The notes under the pieces were generated by a model. It saw nothing but the letters and a program-made list of their open reading frames with translations, did not search any database and was not told the DNA's origin. Position numbers and translations under genes: made by a program. 50,476 nucleotides of DNA from a virus (lineage: Duplodnaviria > Caudoviricetes), in IMG/VR virus record IMGVR_UViG_3300031274_000003, positions 1 through 50,476 of that record; one strand, given 5' to 3'. Of this stretch, positions 1-8,111 are shown one piece after another. The first letter of the stretch is position 1; each line of letters opens with the position of its first letter.

Positions 1-174
1 CGCGACAGTGCTTTCTACTGCTTTTGCGGCGGATTCCAGTGCGCTGTCGTTCACGGTGACTATTGCCGGGTTTGCCGTGCAGACTGTCACTATGCCCGCG
101 GGCACTACGTCTCTGGCCGCTGCTGCGACTCAAATCAACCTCCAAATTGCGGGAGGCTATGCGCAGGTTGTGGG
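1..174. repeat. Terminal direct repeat (assembly circularisation overlap), left copy
   Basis: 1-174 matches 50303-50476 except A128 vs G50430; lies inside a CDS. Confidence 0.95.
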
Positions 175-439
175 TTCTCAAATTCAGCTCGTAACTTATC
201 AGATCGGTAGCACTATGACCATCGCCGCCACAGATTCTACTACTGATATTACGTGGGATACGCCCGTAGCCGGTACCGGAGATCCGGCAATTTACGACTG
301 GAATGCGCGCGGCACTTTCCACGCTTCCACGGCGGCCACTCCAGTTGCCGGATACACAGAAGTCACTGCCTACAGTGAATGGCAGGCGGCTAAAACAGTC
401 AACGGGAGGTACTACGGCCTCCTCGAAGTGAAACTGTAA
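1..439 (+). CDS. 3' part of head decoration/cement protein (begins at 49911 across the junction; about 276 aa in total)
   Basis: In frame with ATG 49911 through the overlap; between DUF2213-like gene and major capsid; Ala/Thr/Gly-rich. Confidence 0.75.
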   Translation, partial: ATVLSTAFAADSSALSFTVTIAGFAVQTVTMPAGTTSLAAAATQINLQIAGGYAQVVGSQIQLVTYQIGSTMTIAATDSTTDITWDTPVAGTGDPAIYDWNARGTFHASTAATPVAGYTEVTAYSEWQAAKTVNGRYYGLLEVKL

Positions 440-449
440 GGAGGCAACA

Positions 450-1409
450 GTGGACAACCTTTATGATATTATGATCGCTATCGGTGCTCTCCCTGCGCAC
501 GTAACACGCGCTGACGCAGGGGGATACACCAAAAATCTTTACGATCAGTTGACGGCAGTGAAGACCACCACATACGATCAGAGGTATGTGGCATTCAAGG
601 CCCGGCGCCTGATCCCTATCGCCAACGACACGTCTCCCGCGGCCGAGAAAGTCAAGTACTACAGCTGGTCTGAATTCGGTATGAGCCAGATCATCGCGAA
701 GTACTCGGATGATCTTCCGCTCGTTACTGCTCTGCGTCAGACGTTCGAGGCCGATATTGTTCCGTTCGGACAGGCCTACGAATATACCGTTCAGGATGTT
801 ATTCGTGCGGCGATGTCGGGAGAAAGTCTCTCTTCAAGAGACGCTATCGCATGCCGGACCATTTTCGAGCAGACTGTTGAGGAAGTTGCGGCAGTCGGCA
901 ATTCGAAGACCGGCTTGACGGGTCTCGCCAATCACCCGAATGTTACGATCTATGTACCTACCACGGGCACTTGGTCGACCGCTACCGGAATTCAGATGGC
1001 TTTGGACGCGATTGGGTTCATGAATGCTATCGTGATCGCCTGCAAAGAGGTGTTCATGCCGAACACGCTTGTGTTGGATATCACGAGTCATCGCTTGTTC
1101 ATGACCACGCCTGTGTCCACTACGGGTGATTCCATGAACACCGCGGCGCGGTACTTCCAGAACCACGCGGGCCAGACTGTTACAATCGAGTCGTGGAACA
1201 AGCTCCGAACGGCCGACGCCGCCGGCACCGGGCCTAGAGCGGTTATGTACCCGATGGATCGAATGGTTCTGGAGATGGAAATTCCGCTCGAATATACCGA
1301 GCTGCCGCCGCAGGCCAAGAACTTGGCGTTCATCGTCAACACGCACGGCCGTATCGGCGGCGTGAACATGTACTACCCGCCGGCAGTGGGTTACATGGAC
1401 GGTCTGTAG
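450..1409 (+). CDS. Major capsid protein (DUF2184/encapsulin-like HK97 fold)
   Basis: 319 aa; GLTGLANHPN and GGVNMYYPPAVGYMDGL-type motifs; strong RBS AAGGAGG; synteny. Confidence 0.9.
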   Translation: MDNLYDIMIAIGALPAHVTRADAGGYTKNLYDQLTAVKTTTYDQRYVAFKARRLIPIANDTSPAAEKVKYYSWSEFGMSQIIAKYSDDLPLVTALRQTFEADIVPFGQAYEYTVQDVIRAAMSGESLSSRDAIACRTIFEQTVEEVAAVGNSKTGLTGLANHPNVTIYVPTTGTWSTATGIQMALDAIGFMNAIVIACKEVFMPNTLVLDITSHRLFMTTPVSTTGDSMNTAARYFQNHAGQTVTIESWNKLRTADAAGTGPRAVMYPMDRMVLEMEIPLEYTELPPQAKNLAFIVNTHGRIGGVNMYYPPAVGYMDGL

Positions 1410-1412
1410 AAT

Positions 1413-1904
1413 ATGAGCCGCAGGAAAGGAGCAAAAATCGTGCAACTATCAATTAGCGAAAATCAAGAGAACAAAAGAGTGAAAACCTTGGTGGTGGCAA
1501 ACAAGACGAAACACGCCTTCTGTCTGCCGCCGCAGAAGGGCGATACCGATCTACTTCTCAATGGCGAAGAAGAAGGAAAATTCCTGACGCCCGGCGAGAA
1601 TACGATATCTGTGGAGCTGTGGGATCGGCTTACGAAAGGTGAAAAACCGAACAGAGGTGTCACTATCGCTCTTCGTTCTGGCAGCCTTGAAATGGTCCGG
1701 TTGGGGGAGGCGCATCCCGACAATTTGTCTTGGGCTTCCCGTCCCGAGAGTGAGTTTAGGGCGTTTCTGAGTCAGATAAAAGCAGTTGACAAGGTAGTTA
1801 CCATCAAAGAAGGCCTCGACGGTAACAAAAAATTGCTGGGTCTGTGTGAGGAGCGTATCGATCAAATTCTAGATGAAGCTTCGAAGATCACTGCCGGTGA
1901 GTAA
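1413..1904 (+). CDS. Hypothetical protein following the capsid gene
   Basis: 163-aa ORF tightly coupled to both neighbours. Confidence 0.7.
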   Translation: MSRRKGAKIVQLSISENQENKRVKTLVVANKTKHAFCLPPQKGDTDLLLNGEEEGKFLTPGENTISVELWDRLTKGEKPNRGVTIALRSGSLEMVRLGEAHPDNLSWASRPESEFRAFLSQIKAVDKVVTIKEGLDGNKKLLGLCEERIDQILDEASKITAGE

Positions 1905-2182
1905 TGGCGGTCACGGTCACAACTTTTCTGCGGGATTATCCCGAATTCAGTAACGCGTCTCCGGATTTGATCCGCAGAAAAGTTGCACTGGCCTCCAGTT
2001 TCGTAAGTGCTGCTGTTTTTGGCGATAAGCTCGACGATGCTGTAAAGCTGAGAGCCGCCCACCTGCTTTCGATATCCCCGCCTGGCGAAGAAGCCAAATC
2101 GGAGCCTGGTGAGACTTTTTACTGGATTGAATTCATGCGGTTGGTAAAAGTGGCTACCAGCGGAAAGAGCAGAGTGTCATGA
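1904..2182 (+). CDS. Head-tail connector (DUF4054-like)
   Basis: FLRDYPEF...LRAAHLL...TFYWIEFMRL motifs; position. Confidence 0.8.
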   Translation: MAVTVTTFLRDYPEFSNASPDLIRRKVALASSFVSAAVFGDKLDDAVKLRAAHLLSISPPGEEAKSEPGETFYWIEFMRLVKVATSGKSRVS

Positions 2183-2622
2183 TTCTCGGCCCGGGTTGGA
2201 GATCTGTTTTTTTGCGGTTGATGCGAAAAGCTGAGATTCACGTAACGGTCGGCATTCATGCTTCTGATGCGGATAGATCGGCGGGAGATATTACCAATCC
2301 CGAAGCTGGCTACTATCAAGAGTTTGGGCGCCCCGAGCGGTCGTTTTTGCGTGAGCCTTTCGATAGAAAACGAGCCGAATACATACGAGATGCTGCACAG
2401 TGGTACGGTCAGGCGTTGAGAGGTATTAGGCCTATAGATGTTGTGCCGGAGCTTATAGGCATTAAAATAAGAGACGACATAAAAAGCAATTTAAAAGACG
2501 GTATTTCCCCGCCTTTAGCGCGGTCCACACAGAGGCAGCGCGATAAAAAGGGTCAAGGGTCTACGCCCCTGTTGGCTACGGGCCAGCTGGTGCGGGCTGT
2601 TGATTACAAAGTAAAAGAGTGA
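2179..2622 (+). CDS. Neck/virion morphogenesis protein (HK97 gp10-like)
   Basis: QEFG..PERSFLR and PPLARST...KG.STPLLATGQL motifs. Confidence 0.8.
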   Translation: MILGPGWRSVFLRLMRKAEIHVTVGIHASDADRSAGDITNPEAGYYQEFGRPERSFLREPFDRKRAEYIRDAAQWYGQALRGIRPIDVVPELIGIKIRDDIKSNLKDGISPPLARSTQRQRDKKGQGSTPLLATGQLVRAVDYKVKE

Positions 2623-2628
2623 GGCAAC

Positions 2629-3042
2629 ATGGCAACACTATCGACTGACGCAAGAAACACTGCTTGTGACGCTGTTACGGCGCTGCTAAACGCCGGCGCC
2701 GGCGCGAACCCGCAGCTGATTATACGGACGGCAGCGCAAGCAACGCTATGCACTATAGATTTGGACAGCACAGACGCTGTCGGAGATGCTGTAGCGGGAG
2801 TTGCTACAGTGGCGGCACCGGACGGTGAAGCCAGTTGGGTCGGGTATCAAATCAACCCATCTGCCGATGGTGTGGCTGCCGACGCGGTAGTTGTTGATAA
2901 GGATGCGACCGTTGTCTATACGTTGACGGTAGGCATCACTGCGAGTGTGGATTTGCAGCTGGCTACGCTGACACTGCAAACCGCGGTTCCCATCACATTC
3001 AGCGCCGCGCCGACCATTACACAACTGGCCGCCCCTGCATGA
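2629..3042 (+). CDS. Small Ala/Thr-rich virion structural protein (probable fibre subunit)
   Basis: 137 aa, beta-rich composition, inside the neck module. Confidence 0.65.
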   Translation: MATLSTDARNTACDAVTALLNAGAGANPQLIIRTAAQATLCTIDLDSTDAVGDAVAGVATVAAPDGEASWVGYQINPSADGVAADAVVVDKDATVVYTLTVGITASVDLQLATLTLQTAVPITFSAAPTITQLAAPA

Positions 3043-3045
3043 TGA

Positions 3046-5586
3046 ATGGCGGATGTATTCGGCCACTTTGGCCTTGCCACAGGCAACAATGACGGAACCT
3101 CGTGGGAAGATGCTTATCAGACGCCTGCCGCGTTCACAGCAGGCCTGTCTGCGGATGATGTAGGCCTAGTTAAAAAAAATAAAGGCTACGACATGTCCGC
3201 AGTGTTTACGGTAGCCGTAAACTGCACAATACATTTTGGGTTTGCCTCCGCACTGACAGGCACAAGCTATGATATAGGCGCCAGGACGGATGTTACTAAA
3301 CTGAACGGAAATGCCGGGGCTTATAGGGCTTTAGACTTATCGGCAAATATAACCATAACCAGATTAGAAGTATATAATTATTCGTTTTCTACAGCGCCTA
3401 TAGGAAATTTCACATCCGGCGTTCTGGAATTTTCTGACTGCGTGTTTAGAAATTCTGTATCGACCGGATCGGACGATGTGTCTGGTATGAGAGTGGCTGA
3501 CCCAGCTGAGCTTACTTTAACCAACTGTCTGCTGCACGATTTAACTGGGGGTGCTTTTGGAGCGTTACGCATAGAATATGCGGCTGTAACTATCAGCGGC
3601 TGTTCTATTTACGATAATGAGGGCTCTTTCGGTGCCGGTCTTGCTATATACGCTAGCGGCAGTGAAACTATTACTATAGAAGACACGTTATTAGCTACCA
3701 ATGTAGGCGCTTTGGGGGGTGCGGTTTTTGATTTAGGATCGGACGGGCCCGTAATATTTAACCGGTGCAGGCTAATCAATAATACCGCGTCTTACGGGGC
3801 GGCTATTTATATAGATAGTGGCGGCGGCGCTATTACAATAAATAACTGCGTAATAGCAGACAATAACAGCAATTATTCGGGGGCGGTTCGCTTTGATTCA
3901 TCTTCTGGATATTTGAATATCACACAAAGCATTATCGCTAATAATGACAGCACAGATACGGTGTGCGGGGGCGTAGATACAAATCAGGACCCCTATATAG
4001 CAGATTGTATTTTATGGGGAAACACAGGAACGGCGGGTTCTGGGTCTCAATTGTTATCTGCCGACACTGCCGGCGTTGCGGAGTACTGCGATATAGAAGA
4101 TTTGGCTTCTACGGGCGTTTCCGGTATTGCCTCAGTAAGCAACTGTGTTGATGCGGACCCACTTTTTATAGGCACAGGAGATGATCCGTATAATTTCACA
4201 GGATCATCTCCTGCCTCAGTTACCGAAGGTGGATCTGTAAGCGTAACCGGCTATCAAGATTATGACATTTTAGACGCTGATCGGCCTGGTTCTGATCCTT
4301 CGATGGGCGCTTATCAAGTAGCGGCCGCGTCTACCAACCCGTGCTCAATATCAATAACAGTATCTGCACAGGAGTGGGATGCTTCTGGTAGCCAGGCGAA
4401 CGATGCGTCATTAGGTATCACAGTTGCTGCTCAGCGCTGGTTTGCTCAAGGGAGTCAAGAAAACGCAGCGGCTATAGCTATTGAAGTGGCTTCTCAAGAG
4501 TGGGCCGCCGCCGGCAGCCAAGCGAATGACGCCGCTATCGCTATAGAGATAGGCGCTCAGCAGTGGGAAGCTGTAGCGAATCAGGCAGGCACCAACGCAT
4601 GCACGATAAATATAGAAATACCGGCCCAAGAATGGACCACTGCCGGCAGCCAAGCGAATGACGCCAGTATAGCTATAGAAGTTGCTTCGGTTGAGGTATC
4701 GGCTGTAGGCGCTCAATATAACACAGCTTCTGTTGCGATAGAAGTTGCGCCGCAAGAGTGGAGCGCTGCCGGCAGCCAAGACAATCAAGCTATTTTAAGC
4801 ATAGAGGTGCCGGCTCAAGAGTGGTCGATGTACGGCAGCTCTCCCACCAATCCGTGCACTATAGCTGTACAGGTAGCGCCGCAGCTTTGGTCAGCTAGTG
4901 GCTCGCAGGCAAACAGCGCGGTTTTGAGTGCCGTTGTCGGGCCTCAAATCTGGACCGCTGCGGCCGGCGTTGTTTTACCGGAAGACGCTTTTAACCCGAC
5001 GCTAGACGTTAAAATGGACGCACTCCAACGTGCACTAGAGTGGGCTTTTGGCTGCCGTATCCGTTTCGGTAGAAGTCCAGAAGGTAACGAATATGAGCCT
5101 TACGGCAGCGTATGGGGCGATTTGGTTTTGATGTTTGCCGGCGACGCCGAAAATTGTGACGTAGAGATTAGAGATGTGGACATATCGGCCTACGATGGGG
5201 TGACGCCTCGTCAGGAAGTGGCGATAAGGCAAACTCAGTTGAGATTTCAGTTAACTCTGCGATCGCGTAGCCAAAAACCATCCAAGAGCGCGTGGGCTGC
5301 TGGTCTTACCGGCATGAGTCGCGTTAAACTGCCGTGGTTTATGGAAGAATTTTTGACTCCCTATAATTTGGCGATAGGTGAATTCAGGCAGTTGACAGAT
5401 AGCGGGTTCACTTACGATAACAGAGTCGAAGATATGGCAATATTTGAAATTTTAGTATACACTGTGATGGTAGAGTGTGACGAGGCAGCTCGGGGAACGT
5501 GGATTGAGCGAGTTGAAGTCACTTCTAATTTGGGTCTACCGTCTAGCCTAGAGTGGTCTGACGAGACCATTCCGGAAGAGGAGTAA
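3046..5586 (+). CDS. Fusion protein: right-handed beta-helix + ten 21-aa repeats + C-terminal neck/tail terminator-like domain
   Basis: GGA(I/V), NC.IA.N and CILWGN beta-helix motifs; QEW..GSQ.N repeats; C-terminal EDMAIFEI...GTWIERVEV directly upstream of the sheath gene. Confidence 0.75.
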   Translation: MADVFGHFGLATGNNDGTSWEDAYQTPAAFTAGLSADDVGLVKKNKGYDMSAVFTVAVNCTIHFGFASALTGTSYDIGARTDVTKLNGNAGAYRALDLSANITITRLEVYNYSFSTAPIGNFTSGVLEFSDCVFRNSVSTGSDDVSGMRVADPAELTLTNCLLHDLTGGAFGALRIEYAAVTISGCSIYDNEGSFGAGLAIYASGSETITIEDTLLATNVGALGGAVFDLGSDGPVIFNRCRLINNTASYGAAIYIDSGGGAITINNCVIADNNSNYSGAVRFDSSSGYLNITQSIIANNDSTDTVCGGVDTNQDPYIADCILWGNTGTAGSGSQLLSADTAGVAEYCDIEDLASTGVSGIASVSNCVDADPLFIGTGDDPYNFTGSSPASVTEGGSVSVTGYQDYDILDADRPGSDPSMGAYQVAAASTNPCSISITVSAQEWDASGSQANDASLGITVAAQRWFAQGSQENAAAIAIEVASQEWAAAGSQANDAAIAIEIGAQQWEAVANQAGTNACTINIEIPAQEWTTAGSQANDASIAIEVASVEVSAVGAQYNTASVAIEVAPQEWSAAGSQDNQAILSIEVPAQEWSMYGSSPTNPCTIAVQVAPQLWSASGSQANSAVLSAVVGPQIWTAAAGVVLPEDAFNPTLDVKMDALQRALEWAFGCRIRFGRSPEGNEYEPYGSVWGDLVLMFAGDAENCDVEIRDVDISAYDGVTPRQEVAIRQTQLRFQLTLRSRSQKPSKSAWAAGLTGMSRVKLPWFMEEFLTPYNLAIGEFRQLTDSGFTYDNRVEDMAIFEILVYTVMVECDEAARGTWIERVEVTSNLGLPSSLEWSDETIPEEE
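4345..4970 (+). repeat. About ten tandem coding repeats of about 63 bp (21 aa; SIAIEVAxQEWxAxGSQANxA)
   Basis: Visible in the translation; GGCAGCCAAG recurs in the DNA. Confidence 0.85.
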
Positions 5587-5588
5587 TC

Positions 5589-6935
5589 ATGGGCCTGGAA
5601 TCAATTATCAGCGGCACGATAACATCCGGCACGTTGACCGGCACCGCTAAGTCATTCAAAATAGGGATGGTTTTTGGGCACCACAACGCCTATTCAGACG
5701 CCGCGCGAGTCTACACTACTGCGACAGCGTTGGACCAGTTGATAACGGACGGCATACCGGCAACAGACCCAATCTACCGTGGCGTAGCGTCCATGGTGTC
5801 GGCTCCTACCGGCAAGCCGGACAAGATTGTCGTAGGGAAGCAGAACGGTACGTTCACTCAAGCCGGAGAGATACAGGTCATCGGAACTCCCTACACCGGG
5901 CAGGTCTATTCGTTCGTGGTGCGAAACCCGTCCGGGGTGCCTACCACGATTTCCCACACCGTCACTATAGGTCAGACCACCACGGATATTGCCACGGCGC
6001 TCAATGCGCTGTTGACGGCGGTATCCGGGATAACTTCGACCTCCGCTACCGATACCATTAGTTGGGATTCTGACTCTGACAATGTTATGTGGACGTTCGA
6101 GAGCATGAATAAGCTTCAGTTTCAGTTTTTGGACACCACCCCCGCGCCTACGGATATCACTTTGGCTACAGATTTGGCGGCAGTTCGCGGCGCCAATAGG
6201 TTGTGGTACATGTTCACATGGGCAGGCCCGACGAGCGCGGCTATCAATCTGGCCAACGGAAATTGGGCTGAAAGCTATGAGCTGATGTATTTCGGTGTTT
6301 CATACAATAACAATGATGAGGATCCGGCATCAACCACTTCAGCTTCTTACTTATGTGCGGCGGCTAATTTGTTCAGAACCGCTATTTTATTCAGCGGCGA
6401 CCAGACAAAGAACTTGTCGGCGGCGGATATCGGTAAAATGCTGCCTTATGATCCGGGCAGCGCTACGTTTAACTTCAAGACAGTGGCTGTTACCGCTGAC
6501 TCGGTTAGCGGCGATGCCGAAACGGCTTTCGAACAGAACAATTGTGTGTACTACGCGGCACTAGAGGGGGGTTTCGATTGGATATTGAACACAAAAACAT
6601 CCGGAGGTGAGTGGATTGATGTTATCGTGTTCAGAGATTGGTTGTTTGCTCGTATTCGCGAAGCTGTCGCCACGCTGCTCGGAAACGCTCCAAAAATACC
6701 TTACACGCGCGGCGGCGAAGAGATGATCGCTAAAGAAATGCGGTCGGTGCTTCGTTTAGGCGTGACTAGAGGAGGTCTGGACGATACTGAAGAAGCGCCG
6801 GCCGTGACTTACCCCGAGATAGCCGATATTCTTCAAGCGGATCGTATCGACAGAATTTTGCCTGACATAGCGTTTAGCGGGCGTTTGGCCGGCGCTATCC
6901 ATGCGATTAGATTCACCGGCATTTTGCGGGTGTGA
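5589..6935 (+). CDS. Contractile tail sheath protein (DUF3383-like)
   Basis: 448 aa; DPGSATFNFK, GEWIDVIVFRDWL, KIPYT, LAGAIH motifs. Confidence 0.9.
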   Translation: MGLESIISGTITSGTLTGTAKSFKIGMVFGHHNAYSDAARVYTTATALDQLITDGIPATDPIYRGVASMVSAPTGKPDKIVVGKQNGTFTQAGEIQVIGTPYTGQVYSFVVRNPSGVPTTISHTVTIGQTTTDIATALNALLTAVSGITSTSATDTISWDSDSDNVMWTFESMNKLQFQFLDTTPAPTDITLATDLAAVRGANRLWYMFTWAGPTSAAINLANGNWAESYELMYFGVSYNNNDEDPASTTSASYLCAAANLFRTAILFSGDQTKNLSAADIGKMLPYDPGSATFNFKTVAVTADSVSGDAETAFEQNNCVYYAALEGGFDWILNTKTSGGEWIDVIVFRDWLFARIREAVATLLGNAPKIPYTRGGEEMIAKEMRSVLRLGVTRGGLDDTEEAPAVTYPEIADILQADRIDRILPDIAFSGRLAGAIHAIRFTGILRV

Positions 6936-6947
6936 TAAGGAGCGGTC

Positions 6948-7391
6948 ATGTTTGAACCAAACGTAAAAGTATATAACCCCGCTGATCACGATTTTTCGTG
7001 GGGCCATATCATTATCAAGGGTTTTGCCAAAGGTACTTTCATCAAAGTAACGCCCGCGGCCGACGACACCGAAGATGAGAACGGTGTCGACGGGGAGGTC
7101 ATGGTAGCCATGACCAATGATCAGAGAGCGGATATCGAGTTTACACTCATGAAGTCCTCCGCGACAAATTTGGAGCTGTCTTTGGCGCGTAACCAAGGCG
7201 TTCAAGCCGGTCGCGTTCTGATCATGCCTATGTCACTTAGAGACGGCAATGGCAACGCTGTTTATGAGGGTGACAACACGTGGATAAAGGCGCGGCCTGA
7301 GAATGAAATAGCCTCAGGTGTCACCAGTATCAAATGGATGCTCAGGGTGGCGCATCTCAACAGCATCGAGGGCAATTTGACGCTGCCCTAA
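6948..7391 (+). CDS. Tail tube protein (DUF3277-like)
   Basis: YNP, GVDGEV, FTLMKSSATN motifs; follows sheath. Confidence 0.85.
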   Translation: MFEPNVKVYNPADHDFSWGHIIIKGFAKGTFIKVTPAADDTEDENGVDGEVMVAMTNDQRADIEFTLMKSSATNLELSLARNQGVQAGRVLIMPMSLRDGNGNAVYEGDNTWIKARPENEIASGVTSIKWMLRVAHLNSIEGNLTLP

Positions 7392-7413
7392 CAGGTAATC
7401 GGAAAGGAGCAAA

Positions 7414-8028
7414 ATGATGATCACGCCTGTAAATACCGTAATAGACGGTGAAACCTATGAATTCATGCCTATGGGCGCTACAGAAGCGCGCAATTGGTTG
7501 ATGGTCCTGCAACAGACTATTGGACCTTCTGTAGCAGAGGCGTTTGCCGGTGTCAAAGGCGCCCAGATTCCCGATGAAGCGCTTGAGCTTGACCAAAACG
7601 ATCCGAAACTTTTGGTCGCCATGTTGGGACCCATTGCTGGATCTATTTCGGGCCTAATCAGTGGGTTGACCAGATCATTAAATGCCTCCATGTACGAAAA
7701 ACTGGTAGAGGCATTTTTGTCTAGGACCACAATAGAGACGCCGACCGGCGGTAAAATCTCTCTCAAAAAAGCATATCGAGAGACTGAGTTTTACAACAAG
7801 CTGGCGCTGGAGGGGCGCATACTCTTTTGGTGTCTCCGGGAGCAGTATGCCGATTTTTTCGGATATTGGGAGACGGCGCACGTCTTCCTAAGCAAAGCCA
7901 AGGAGGCGGCGGGATCTCTGTTGAAATCCCAACAAGCGTCGACTGGTGGATCTTCAGAATCGCGTCATCTGACAGATTCACAGCAGGCGTCACCGAAATT
8001 CAACGTGAATGGTCCCTTGCCGACATAG
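7414..8028 (+). CDS. Tail assembly chaperone (gpG-like)
   Basis: Between tube and tape measure; RBS AAAGGAG; QYADFF slippery site. Confidence 0.8.
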   Translation: MMITPVNTVIDGETYEFMPMGATEARNWLMVLQQTIGPSVAEAFAGVKGAQIPDEALELDQNDPKLLVAMLGPIAGSISGLISGLTRSLNASMYEKLVEAFLSRTTIETPTGGKISLKKAYRETEFYNKLALEGRILFWCLREQYADFFGYWETAHVFLSKAKEAAGSLLKSQQASTGGSSESRHLTDSQQASPKFNVNGPLPT

Positions 8029-8111
8029 CGTCTGCCCATGTCGTTCTAGATGCTTTTGAGGCGGCAGAGGCCCGGGCTAGAGCAGAAGCGGCGAAATCGA
8101 GGAAGAGATGA
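7854..8111 (+). CDS. -1 frameshift extension of tail chaperone (gpGT-like)
   Basis: T TTT TTC at 7854-7860 leads into the -1 frame FFRILGD...WSLADIASAHVVLD, whose TGA overlaps the tape measure ATG. Confidence 0.7.
   Translation, partial: FFRILGDGARLPKQSQGGGGISVEIPTSVDWWIFRIASSDRFTAGVTEIQREWSLADIASAHVVLDAFEAAEARARAEAAKSRKR

Noticed and set aside
1-174. Biological terminal repeat of the virion DNA
   Set aside because: Falls mid-gene; more simply explained as assembler overlap
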